NCBI GenBank assembly: GCA_003427395.1
Contig: BFEA01000001.1
Location: 13,363,963 to 13,427,962, forward strand
Source of the DNA: Chara braunii
Taxonomy: Eukaryota; Plantae; Charophyceae
DNA length: 64,000 nt
Reading direction: 5' to 3'
The notes beneath the pieces are model-generated. The model had not been told where the DNA came from. It saw only the letters and a list, made by a program, of their open reading frames with translations, and searched no databases. The translations under genes were made by a program, and so were the position numbers. Of this stretch, positions 51,571-64,000 are shown one piece after another; positions within the stretch are counted from its first letter, which is position 1, and each line of letters opens with the position of its first letter.

Positions 51571-53589
51571 CTCCTCGTTTAGAACAAAAAGAAACTGAAA
51601 GAAACCCAAAGTAAACAAGGCGACCAAGCCACTTAAAGGTTGCACTCAAATAGAGCATACTGGTGCACGGCCAGCGCACCATGAGCGCACAGCAAGATGC
51701 ACATCAGCTCTGGTTCGGAAGGAAAACACCTTCCTCCATATAGTAACAAAACTCATTTAACTAAACAACAGTGCAGAGATGGTACAATGACTGGAAACAA
51801 CAGGATGTGACAATCCTTAGTCGCCCGTAACTCCATACGGAAAGAAAGCAGCCCTCCCAATTCGGAAGCAGATGGCCGCCACTAAGTGCTTTCCGTTGGA
51901 GGCTTGGATCAGCTATACTGCAGTTAGCAGTCTGCAGACACAGGCTCTGGAATACTATCTCCGAGCAACAACTTGCTGAAGCTGAGACGTTCACAGAGTC
52001 ACCCAAAGGCTGCATTGCCGTATCTGCACAGTGGTCAGACCTTCAAATTTGCATGATCGCCCCAGTCAGGTAAGCACATGTCCCTCGCATCCGTGCTGCC
52101 TGATGGACAACGCGCCCGCTAACAGGTAAGTCTCCAATGTCCCAACTTGTCTCATGCGTCCACAATTGGTAGGGTAGGCAAATTTCGCATGAACCAATCG
52201 CTGAAAGACGACTAGATACATCAGTGCGCAACTCTGTTATCTACTTCGCAAAGCCCACCCACTGAGCTTGAAATCTAAGCTCGCCATCCGATTCGTGGCG
52301 TCTAAAAACCTCACCCTACCACTTTCTTCCACTCGATTTCATCGTGTGAAATGTTCATCCCACGCTCCTTCCCCGTCTGCACATCCCGTGACTCTTCTGC
52401 TGCAGCTTCTGTCGAGCAGGGCGAGCACTGCACCAGCCCAACTGTTGATCCTCTCAGTGAGAACCACGGGGTAAGGACAGCTAGGGAGAGGGACACTTCT
52501 ACTAAGAAGACAGTCACCTCCGAGCTCGTGAAGCACATATTCGACGAAGGTCATAACAACGAATCCGAAGAGTAACGGTGCCTTCATTCAAGTGTGTAAA
52601 ACAATAATGAATCTGTTGCTAGAACAGGGAAAAATTCACTACCATATTTATGCCTTTTTTTTCAGCACAGCCACTAGGTGAGTACAAACTCCCTCTCTTT
52701 CTTTCTGTGGACCTATTTGTATCACCACGACGAACAACATACCACCGAATGGCCGATAGATCATGGTAACTACCAATCCGAGAACGACAATCGAGTCGGA
52801 CACGTCGACCCACATTCAAACACGGCCATAAGCACACAAAGATAGCCAATGCAAAGGCTACTACCGTGAGCAGCACCTCTCCCAGATAGCAACCAACAGG
52901 ATAATGACGATCTTTGAGGAGGGGCAGTACGATGATGGAGGTAGTTGGTAGGTACGAGCAGGATCCTGACCATAAGTCCTCAACCACTCACCTCTTATAC
53001 ATAATGAAAAGAAATTTGTCGCTGAATACAGACAGATACATCGCCATGTTTGTCTCTCCCTGGGCGCATCTCAAAACCACCGTACTGAAAAAAACTAATG
53101 CTTAGATTGCAGATTTGACGCGCCCATTTGACTTGTAGTGGCCAAAACCCCCCAATTCAAGCCTTAGATCGCTGAAAACGGCCAAGCAATGACCGAGTTA
53201 TCACAATTTTGCTCCCCTTCTCCTTCCCTCTCCGCCATCTCCACGCAACTTGTTTTCCTTCTAACTCTTTTTCTACTAATCTACTGCTGAAACTAACACT
53301 AACACTGAACTCGCCATGCTAAGAAACCCCCACTTTGCAGACAGGCAGCAGATCCAAGATGTGGGGACACCTAAGGATCCCAAGTTCGCAATTGGTTGGA
53401 ATTCGGGATCGCCCGAAAGTGCAAACACTGGGGGCGACGGAGGGACCATAGTAGTGATTGATGCCAGACATCACAAAGGGTCCTATGGAGAACACAGATT
53501 TGATTGATCATTCACACGGCGTCCATCCAGNTCGCAGTTGCCAAGCCTCTGTCGGCTTACTTACAGTCGCTAACTAAGGACCTCCGTGA

Positions 53590-53684
53590 GAGCTGTATGC
53601 GAGGAAACTTGCACATACGGTTCGGGAAAGGCTCTTTGATGCCTATCTATGTATGAAGGCGTCAGTTATGCTATTTCACTCAAA
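53590..53684 (+). ncRNA. Group II intron domains V-VI (NUMT)
   Basis: gagctgtatgcgaggaaacttgcacatacggttc is a canonical domain V; domain VI hairpin tgatgcct/aggcgtca follows. Confidence 0.9.
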
Positions 53685-53790
53685 GATTTAGTAGGTTGGG
53701 TAGCCTTTGCAATATTTTTGTTCATTTTTGTTTTTTATGCACCTAACGTATTAGGACATCCTGACAATTATATACCTGCAAATCCTATGT
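53685..53790 (+). pseudogene. cob: Mitochondrial cytochrome b exon fragment (NUMT)
   Basis: [35 protein letters not shown]. Confidence 0.95.
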
Positions 53791-54279
53791 GCATCTTTGT
53801 TTGCCGAAAACTGCCTAGAAACGACTGAGTAAATTAATCTCCACTCCCGTATCCTCTTTCTCCCGCCATAGCAACTCCTCCCTGCTTCTGCATTCTTTCT
53901 TTCCCGTATGCACCTTGCGCAGAGCCCCGTCCAGATTTGTTCTCCATTCTGAATGCACCTGGCGCGATTCCGAGCCAAGGTTCACCCCCCCCCTCTAATG
54001 CCTTCGTGCTCCTCTTTTGCCAGCCTCCCTGTCGCAGCGTCCAGCCTCCCGTCCGCTCCTTCCTCCTTTCTACCAGTCTTCCTTCCAAAGCTCAACACAT
54101 GTCCTCCTTCCTCCTAGCTCCGCTATAGCCGCTTTCTTCTACCGCAGCGCCCTCCCTTTCCTCTGCGCGCCTAGCAGCTGGACGAACAGGTTCAACCCTT
54201 TCTCTCTTCGACTAACGCAGCCTCCTACGGTAGCAGATCCCTGTAGCGATCGACTTCGTAGTGACTGGTAATCTGTTGA

Positions 54280-54337
54280 GCAGCGCCAGCTATCCCAAGG
54301 GAGACTTCGGAAGGAACAGGCTGCTGATCGGTTCGAT
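54280..54337 (-). pseudogene. Short decayed cytosolic-type LSU rRNA fragment
   Basis: cgccagctatcccaagggagacttcggaaggaacaggctgctgatcggttcgat resembles the reverse complement of 25S/28S CGCCAGCTATCCTGAGGGAAACTTCGGAGGGAACCAGCTACT..GGTTCGAT. Confidence 0.6.
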
Positions 54338-57300
54338 ATCTTTTTTTTTTTTAATTTTTTTTGCCTCTGCAGCCCTTGTCCGACGAACGTTCTGCTCAGT
54401 AGCTATCGCCTCGGGCCTCCCAAAGGGCATGCCACACACTGACAACGACCACATTGTCGGTGGCGCGGGCCTGCTGCAGACCCATGGCATGGTCTGAGGT
54501 GCAGCGGGTCCTAGCATAGGTCTCCGTGGTAAATGAGAACCTTGAAAACCGAAGTGGAGGGGAGGGTTTTCTTGTGACCATCAGCTTGCCATAGCGCTGT
54601 TGCTGTCTCCCCACAATGCCCTCGGGTTGCCATTCGCTATTGCACCTGGGTATGGTCCACCTACTTGCGGGTCCTGCTGCAGATCTTGGCAACAGTAACA
54701 ATTATTCAAATGAGAACTTTGAAGGCCGAAGTGGAGAGGGTTCCGCGGAAACAGTAGCTGCAGCTAGTACCGCTCCGGGCCTCTGCCTGGTGCCCCCTGC
54801 GCGCAGGCGAGTTCACCATCATGTGGGACCCCGCAGACATGCTCACATTCAAGTCTCCTATAGCAAAAACCGTGGTCGGCGAGCGGTGCGCCTGCAGCGG
54901 CCCCCACCACCCTTGGGCTGTAGTCCCACGGGCCCGCTCGGAATGTTCTCCGTTCCCCTTCCTCTTTATGCTACCGACACTCTCCAAACGGGAAACAAAA
55001 GAATCCACTACCACGGTCTCCACGACTCTCACGCAGGTTGACCTCTTCGGTCCGTGCTCCGACATCGGTAGGATCGGGGAAATTTCGCCAGCATCCCGAA
55101 TATGCAAAAATTTTAGCGGCCTGCCCAAAAAACGCGTGCTCAAGGCCCTCGACTACCGCGACAGCCACCCGTGTCCGACAATCTAGTAACTGAGCCAGAC
55201 CCGTCGGTCTTGACGTCGACCTCGAAACCGATCACCGAGCTAAAGACGTTAGAAAAAAAAAAAAAAAAAAAAAAAAAAAACAGACACCGCGCGTCTCGCT
55301 GGCCCATGACGCCGCGCACACCCAGGCCGCGCATGGTCGCGCCTCGCCGTCAATACCCTACGTGCGCCGCTCACCCAGGCGAGGACCTATGCTCCCTCTC
55401 GTGCGCGCCACCAGACAGGCGAGGCGGCATTGGCGTAACTTGCAGAACACACCCCAAATACCCTTGTAAGAGTTTTTGGTACGACACCGTTGCCTATGAC
55501 TAATTCAGATCCCAACTCAAGTCAACATTTCAACAGTATACCAACTGAACTAGACCACTATCCGTGTGTGTAAGAAAATCCCTGCTCCTCCCTACTGCAC
55601 TTACTCCTCAATGCATTTGACCCGATCCTCGTATAGGTAAGCCTAGAGCTTTCCGAAAAGCTAGACCCGAAGCAGCCTGTTCTACCACTCCCTAAAACGT
55701 GCAAAATGAAAATGAGTTTTTCGCTAGAACTGGGGAATGTGCATCCTATCAGTGAGCTTGATGATAATGGAAAAAGGCCAGAGCGGGTATCACGTTGAGC
55801 CACCACGGTCACTGTAATGATAGCAGATCCGTCAATCCATAGGAGGAAAACAAGCACCTTCATGCTAAGCATGAATTCCCCTGTTGGAACTTTGTCAGGC
55901 ACGTACCCTCAAGATCACCCACCCAGTGCACGTGAGAACATGGAAGATGCACTGACAGACAAGTATGACCACCTTGAAAACCCAGACTTGGGAAGGAGAT
56001 TATCAAGCCACCAACGAGAAACGTGTCGATGACGATCCACAGGTTCACTCGCATCGAAGTGCACGAACTACCACATGATGGGGGATGACCACTACTGTTA
56101 TGACGAACAAGACGAGCACCGCAAGCAACAACACATGGTCGCCTATGATGAGGACGACAAACTCCACATGGATCGCAACGACGAGCAGAGTCATCACCAG
56201 CGGCCTCGATGAAGATCACAATGGGCAACGTGATTCCCCCTCACTGTTTATACAAAATGGGAATGTATTTTCCGCTTGAGAGTGGAAAGATACACCTTAT
56301 TTCAACTGAACCACCCGCTTGAATCGGGAGATATACACGCATAGACCGAGAATGAACCTCCCACTATAACATGGAATGATACATTCCCGATTCCGCCCAT
56401 TTCCCGCTTATATCGGCTAATACGCTGTGCCGCTCTTCTCTCCTTTGACCGTCTTTCTTTCCCCGTGTTTCCTTTCTCCGATTCGAACTCCCTTTCCCAC
56501 GCAGCTGCTAACGCGTATAGCCCAAAAACTATCCCCTATAACAAGGCCGCGGCTTCATCATCAAACTCGCCCTACCTTAAGACCGCATCCTACCACCTTG
56601 ACTTGCCCCTGTCTATTTAGGAAATAAGCAAGTTATGTGTCCATATGATCTTCCTCTCTTGTGCCTCTTCGACCACGGAAACCACTAAGACCGGGACAAA
56701 GACCTCCAGTAAGGTGACGACCAGCGCTGAACGTGGCTCACAAGGACTGCAGGTATGAGAAGCTCCACACCGACAAGCGTTGTCGGGATCTCGACGGAAA
56801 GCGTTAGCGAAATCTCCACAAGGATCAGGCCCGACAATATGATTAGCAATTGAACCTCGGTGATGGACATGATGACACCAGTGTGAGTAGCCCAACACCA
56901 TGTACACGCCTTGGTGGAGATGATATCAGTCGAAGGTGCGAGGCCTCTATCCTTACTTTCACCATTCCTCAAATATGCGAGATGAAAATGAGTCTTCCGC
57001 TGGAACCTAAGCAGCTGCACCACCAGATTCCCATGCCCAGGCTCGCCCGCACATTCTTTCACTCCTTCCCTCCCGTTTGCTCACCAGTTTCCTCGATTGG
57101 TGGTTACCTCCCAGTGGTAAAGGCCTCTTCTCCCTCTTCCCACACGCTTTTCCGCACCTGCTCCGTGTGAACACGTTGTTCTGAGTTCCCTGTTCAATCG
57201 CCGCCCTCTCTCGCCCGTGCTCCTTCTTTCCCCGCACATCGCCTTCTCGCTTACTTCCTCGTCTTCCGCATCAACTTTAACGAATCGATTAGTATTCAAC

Positions 57301-57604
57301 TCAATGGCGACCCGATTACCATCAAGTCGGAAGGTTTTGTAGTCGCATCCGAGTCAACCTGCCCCACACGAACACGCCCTTAAACTACTCTATTTCGAAA
57401 TGAACTTGCTCTTATTCGGACCTAAGACTCATTTGCAAATAGTAAGGGCAATCTAGCTCGTGCTAGCCTCCCTATATCACTCTAATTTTAAACGGGTGCA
57501 GTGAAGAACCAAGGTCGTGCATCTCGGCCTTGAGATATCATCATTAGACTAGCCAGCTGCGGGTAACTCCGAATTGCAGCATTTTACTCATTTGTTGTTC
57601 AACG

Positions 57605-58950
57605 GAGTTCAAACATAGGTTTGTATTTCAATAGTTCATGGGTGTACCCACTGAGCTAGGCTCTTGGGTCCGAGGACCGGTCTTTGGAATCGGTACAAGT
57701 ACCAGTGCCGAACGAAACCTTAAATTAATAAATAAATAAAAGGAAAAAGAAAAAAAAAAGAATTGGGATTGCAAGATGAGAGGGGGAGGAAATGCTACCA
57801 CTACGTTGGTCCTATCAGTCGGGCCCAGCTGTAGGAACCAACAGCAAAACCAAAAGTGATAGTCCCACTAAACCCTCAACCCCTCGATTCCTTCTAAGTT
57901 GCTTCATTGCTCCGCCATCGTCGGTCGTTGGTCTCAATCCCCGTGTCTGCTGCATAGAAGTCCGACACCATAACCAATAGTATTTGGCCCAATGTTGTTA
58001 GTAACAGCCACGCAATTTCATATGAACGGGTGCCGCAACGAGCGTGAGCTTACCGAAACACGCTAAGGCCACACCTTCGCCTACCAACCGAACCAACGCC
58101 CGCCGAAAGTTGCCCGCACCGACTAAACCAAACATAATAACCACACCTCTTATGAACCTTATTTTACGCGGGTTCAACCATCACCTCAAAATAAAGTCAA
58201 AGATAATTTTTCTTAATGTGCGGCACTGATAACTGGATCTAACTCCGACCATAATGATGCCGCCTCCGCACACACACACATCATGGTCAAATGTACCAAC
58301 CAAAGGAAAACATCACTTAGTTAGTCCTAAGCTAATTGAAAGTAAAACGTTGATCGACAATTGTGTCGTCCTTGTAATATCAACAAGAAAAATCACGCGC
58401 GCCTAAAAACCGCGCGCCCATACACTCTCTATTATTCTTTGGACAAACGGAGGGTCACAAAAATAAAAATTGTCTGTAGCTCGCACGACGCACACAATTT
58501 TTAAGACAAACTCATTCCTTTCACTTGCAAAACCCATGGCGGATATCCTTGTAACGGTATGGGCACAAACACCGATCGTAAGAAATCCAAAATTATGTCA
58601 TTCATAAAGCTTTCAAGGGAGTTCAAACTCGGGTGTGCATTTCAACAGTTCACGGAGTGTACCATTTGAGCTAGGCAAGTTGGTCCCATCGTCGATCCCA
58701 AAACCGAAACTGGGCCCGATCCAAGAACAGAACAAAGGTAAATAATTAAATAAAATAGAATAAGAAAAAAAATAACAAATAGAAAAGAGGGAGGAGGGAA
58801 GATCACTGGCTCCTTCTCGATCCTTGCTGTCGGACCCATGCTCAAGACCGCCAACAAAACCAAAGGGGATAGTACCTCGGGACCCTCAACCCCTTAGTCT
58901 CTCCCAATTCCGCTCCATTGCTCCTCTGCCACTTACTGACCTTCATCCTC
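57605..58950. repeat. Diverged ~330-bp direct duplication (~57605-57935 and ~58620-58950)
   Basis: Shared ggagttcaaac, tgagctagg, caaaaccaaa and ccctcaacccct blocks. Confidence 0.7.
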
Positions 58951-60720
58951 ATGCTTGTCGGCAGAAAGTTAAATATCATCACCAATAGGAGTAAGCTCAA
59001 GTTTGAACTTAGCAAACGTGAAATTTCTTATAAACGGTATCTGCACCACCATCGGGCCTGCAAAAATGCTCCAAGGCGACATCTTGGCTTATCGGACGAA
59101 CCCGTGGATGCCGAATTATCGCATCCGTTGCATGGAGGGTCCGGTTTCAATTATGATTGTCGTGCATGCCACCTACTACGCCTGAGCTGCGTCGTACCAC
59201 CACTAGTCCTGGTGCCTGCAAGCGGTCACTTTTTCCAACCCGTACTTGCAAACGAAATTCCGACCTTGCTTGTGTCAAACTTTATTTATAGACACCTTGC
59301 CACGATCGTAGGAAGATTCTGCCACCAATAATAAATCCAACAAACTCTGTGCTACGCACTTTAAACACCCTCTTAGGTAAGTGAACGAAACTCACATCGG
59401 ATTTCGGCACGGAGAGTCATCCTTGACGTCGGTCTCTATGCGAGCACACGCAATATGTGCAACCATACTAATCAAAAATTTAATCCTTTTTTAGCTCGCA
59501 CTATTGTGCTAGATCACTGACCACACTGTTAGTTCGGGAAATCACTAGACGTTTGGTTAATCAATGAGTGCCCCGAAGGGCACGCTCGCACACTTTCTTA
59601 TTTGACCCTGTACGCACTCACCATTCCGACTATTGAGAATCAGTTGTGGGCTGCATAAAATTAAATGTATAACTACCTCAATTATCATCACAAATAAAAA
59701 CATGCACAAATACCCTTATAAGGGTATTCATGCTGACGCCGTCAACTGGTTATACATCATGTATGAACTGAATAAATTTACATGCGAACTTAGTATGTCC
59801 GTTGTACGTGAATAGACTGTTTGAGAAAAGATCGAAGTCCGTTGAGAGCAAGTTACATCTGCTAAATTTGGAGTGTCCGCTAAGCCTTCGTGGAAGTATG
59901 TCGTGTCCTTGAGATATCTATTAAGTATCGTCAATGTTCGTTGGGTAAAAAAAAAATTAATTACTGTTCTCTGAATAAATCGTCCAAATCAGAAGACTAT
60001 TTGTTGTTGTTAAAATAACACTCGATCAGGGAAAATTCAGTATGTAGAAAGTTTTTTTCACTGAGTTTCTGCAGGGTTAGCCATATCTCATTTGCACAAT
60101 CATTCAATAAATGTCTGAATCTTTATGAAAAGCAAATCCGAACGATGGAAATGACTATTTAAATGTCCTCCTTTAAAAATTATTATCCAATCCTATATCT
60201 AGTGTTTCAGAAGTACGATTTATCATACCAGTGACAGTCATCTCAAAAATTTATGTAGAAGACAGTCATGTTTCATAAACTATAAAAATAAGAAATCATA
60301 GTACATGCATTAAATGAAAACGAACGCGACAACTTATAATTTTCCCATTTGTATGGGTCGTCATGCAGTACACGCACTTAATAACCGACCTCTCAAACAA
60401 AGATGCGCTTCATTACGCAATGTGTGAAGCGGATGAACTGCAGTCTCTCCACCATTCGTTGACTCCCCTCTCTATTTTTGTGTCCAGGCACCCACATTCT
60501 TAGTGAGTGTCACAATTTGAGCTTTATCTTATTTCAATGCCTATCCAAACGTGTGTGCGTTTCCGATTGTTAAACTTAAGTAAGGTACCAACCACATCAT
60601 CTCAGCCTTTCATGCCTCACTAAGACTCACAGTCAACCAAATAATAGAGACATAGGTATTCAAGTAAACACCAATGGTCTCCCTTTCTGTGACAAATTAA
60701 TAATCAAAAGTTGTTACCCC

Positions 60721-62190
60721 CTAAAATATATATTTTTTGCTCGATAATTTATTGATATTGATGGGGGTTGTTAGTGTTACATAGAAGAACTGTAACAGAC
60801 AAAGTACGAGAAAACCTCTCGAACGGGAGAATTACAATTAAAAGGTCTTGAAGCCTTATGTTCAGAACTTAACAAAATAAAAATTGGCTCAGTAAACACT
60901 ATCATGTTTGTGTCCCCTTCTAGTCCCCCTTGTCCGATCTTCAATTAGAGCATCCTTTTAAGAACAATGGTTGTTAACCCATCTTCATGTAATAAAAGTG
61001 CAAAGTCGTCTCATTTTTGTACTTAGTTACCGAGGATTATCTCATTGTGTTGAATGTTTTAACTCTTTGGTCACAACAACCCTAACAGGTGTGCCGATTT
61101 ATGGGGTCCTGAGAAAAAACAAGATTATGTCCCAGCTTGTTGATGGCAAGTCACAAATAATGTTTCACTGCTCTACCTAGTTTCAGATGGGTATCCGTGG
61201 TTGGAACTATTGTTATAATTATCATCATTTAAGATACTAAGATAAATTTTGCCCTTCTGTTATTTCCCCTGCAACAGAGAGAGAAAAGATAACTGCACGA
61301 ACGTGAAAATTGAACGAACATGATAGTTTCCCGTAATGCTGAGATCCTAATAAAATAGACATTCGAACGACTTAGATGTTGAATCGGTAGCCCCATTAGT
61401 TATATAGAGTCCAATCCTTAATTGTTGCTCTTAACTACGAGTTTCAATCACTTTCCTCCTCTAAAATATATATTTTTACTCGATAATTTATTGATATTGA
61501 TAGGGGTTGTTAGTGCTACATAGAAGAACTGCAACAGACAAAGTACGGAAAAAACTCTCGAACGGGAGAATTACAGTTGTAAGGTCTTAAAGCCTTATGT
61601 TAAGAACTTAACAAAATGAAAATTAACTAAGTAAAAACTATAATTTTCGTGTCCCCTTCCATTCTCTCTTTTCCGATCTTGAATTAGACCATATGTTCAA
61701 GAACAATGATTGTTAACGCATCTTCATATACGAAATTGTGTGCAAAGTCGTCCTATTTTTGTACCGAGTTATCGATAATTATATATTAGGATCTCACGTT
61801 GTTCAATGTTTTAACCCTTTGGTCACAACAACCCCGACAAGTGTGGGTCCTATGAAGAAAACAAGATTATGTCTCAGCTTGCTGATGGCAAGTGGCAGAC
61901 AATGTTTCACTGCTCCACCCTGTTTCATATGGGTATCCGTGGTTAAAACTAATGTTATACCGATCATCATTTAAGACACTGAAATCATTTTTGCCATTGT
62001 GTCATTTCCCCTCCAAAAGAGAACTGATAACTGCACGGACGTGAAAGTTCAACCACCTTGATAGATTCCCGTAATGATCAAATGCTAATGAAATAGACAT
62101 TCGAACGGTTTAGATGTCGAATCGGTAGCCCCATTGACTTTATATAGTCCAATTCTTAATTGTTGCTCTTAACTACGAGTTTCAATCATT
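60721..62190. repeat. Tandem duplication of a ~730-bp unit
   Basis: Units start ctaaaatatatatttt at 60721 and 61461, and both end ttaactacgagtttcaatca. Confidence 0.9.
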
Positions 62191-63425
62191 TACCAAAATT
62201 TACGTAAAAGTTTTATGTCAAAGGAAATAAAAACTTGAATAACCAAGTATTAATTGTGTGCCTAAGCTAATGCTGGCGGGAAAGTGCATCATTTTTCGTG
62301 GAAGTATCATTTAGTTAAGGTTGTTGGGCTTTCTTGATTCCTTATTCTCCTCCAAGGCCCTTTGGTTTGAGTGTGCAATAACGTGCACCTTTCCCATTTT
62401 GTTTCCCATGGTTGCATAAACTTCGATAAGGCAATGCGGTATAACCAAATCAGGGCATAATTCAAGAGGGGAAAGCAAACAAGATGACCGTTTTCTCGTC
62501 CTTTACATTATGCCTCATAATCTTGACTGTAGTGCATCGAAAAACTGACTTGTATGCATTTACAATAAGGGTGCTTTATGTTCGAGGGAAGACAATAGCC
62601 ACATTATCGACGAAAGGGCAGAATATCCACGACTTGATTGCGCAACAACTTGGAATGTCATATGTTGCTTAAGTGGACTTGACACTATTGTGAGTACAAG
62701 TTAATGGTTGTGAGAGTGTTCCGAGGGAAGAATGAAGCTCCCCGTAATTGGTGATGAAGTCCGTAGGGAGTACTAGGACAATTAGGGAAAGAAGACCGTT
62801 CACATTGAAGGGTGTCATGAACCTGAGAAAAATGTGGGCACGTGTGTCAACTTAAAAAACACTTATGAACGAGTGGGCTGACTGACTAATGAACAAACAA
62901 CTTGATATGGTCACTAATTATAAACTAGTAATGACTAATGAACAACAAAAATTCAACAATTCACTAAAAACACATTGATAGACAAATCGACAATAAGACC
63001 AATTAAAATTGAGTAAAGCAATAATCATTTGTGTTAATTTCCATGCACCCACGTAAGAATAAAACCCACCATTTTTACCTACATCCGACCGAAAACATCA
63101 CTAGTATACATTCTTGATGAGGACTATTGTGTTTAGGGAAGAAAGGTAGACGAATAGAGAGTAATGGTACCTTAGGACAATGACTGTGAAGTTTTATATA
63201 ACAAGTGGACCCGCCATAGCAAAGGACGATGACAAAAACATTTTGAAACACACCAGCCATCAGTTGGACCCCTTCTTTGCAATGTACCCCTAATGGACAT
63301 TGCCCAAGTTCGCAAAATGGGCCGGTAGTTACCAAGTTTTCGCAGATGCAATTGCAAAAGGTCAAACAAATTTGCACAGGCACCTCACAGGGGCATAACA
63401 CAAACATGTAAGTCCAAAAGGCCAT

Positions 63426-63493
<68 letters not shown>

Positions 63494-63687
63494 ACATTGT
63501 TTAACAACAACAGATATTGGATCGTCCTTCTCTCGCTCGCCCTCTCGCTGCTCCTCCCGCTCTTCCTCCTCTTCCCACCCCCCCGCTGCTGCTCCTCCTG
63601 CAATTCCTTCTCCTCGTGCTGCTGCTCCCCCTCCCCCCGCCCCTCCCCCTCTTCCCTCCCCCCCCCCCCCCCCCCCCCCCACACCCC

Positions 63688-63738
<51 letters not shown>

Positions 63739-63762
63739 ACATATGAACGCGCACACTCTTTT

Positions 63763-63834
<72 letters not shown>

Positions 63835-63838
63835 ACTC

Positions 63839-63876
63839 CTGTCTCTTATACACATCTAGATGTGTATAAGAGACAG
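63839..63876. other. Nextera mate-pair junction adapter (assembly artefact)
   Basis: Exact CTGTCTCTTATACACATCT-AGATGTGTATAAGAGACAG. Confidence 0.98.
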
Positions 63877-64000
63877 GCTATGGCGGTGAACCTAAAAAAA
63901 GAAAAAAAAAAAAAAAAACAAACAAAGTTTTGGTCGTGATTGCAGTTGTATACATTCTTGGAAGTGGTAGTGTGAGTGCGCCCTCAATGAGGGCATCTCA

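Noticed and set aside
51761-55503. Possible gene fragments
   Set aside because: No recognisable motifs or consistent exon chain apart from the cob NUMT
63839-63876. Tn5/IS50 element or horizontal transfer
   Set aside because: Exact back-to-back mosaic ends are the synthetic library adapter
63075-63939. ER/CV-repeat ORFs
   Set aside because: Translations of (CT)n, (CA)n and poly-C next to an artefactual junction

Overview
Eukaryotic nuclear DNA. The long introns, poly-G/C and (GA)n/(CA)n tracts, plant-type protein and Nextera mate-pair scar suggest a streptophyte alga such as Chara (inference). Positions 1-18.7 kb hold a minus-strand SERRATE/ARS2 gene. I resolved 10 coding exons with GT-AG boundaries and consistent phases (2471 nt, about 823 aa); the last exon(s) appear to lie left of the window. 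Its introns contain MITEs, an organellar rRNA fragment and a 32-bp fold-back. Around 20.5-22.6 kb are decayed mitochondrial-type insertions: an rnl exon bounded by group I intron sites, and a group II RT remnant. Positions 23757-34062 are a complete but decayed chromodomain Ty3/Gypsy LTR retrotransposon. Positions 34-63 kb are non-coding repeat-derived DNA. This part holds three diverged copies of an element with a covarying structured module and CRISPR-like motif arrays, a ~60-bp motif carrying a splice donor and present in about 12 copies, a cob/group II intron NUMT, MITEs and duplications. A Nextera junction adapter at 63839-63876 is an assembly artefact. All alignments and counts were done by eye.
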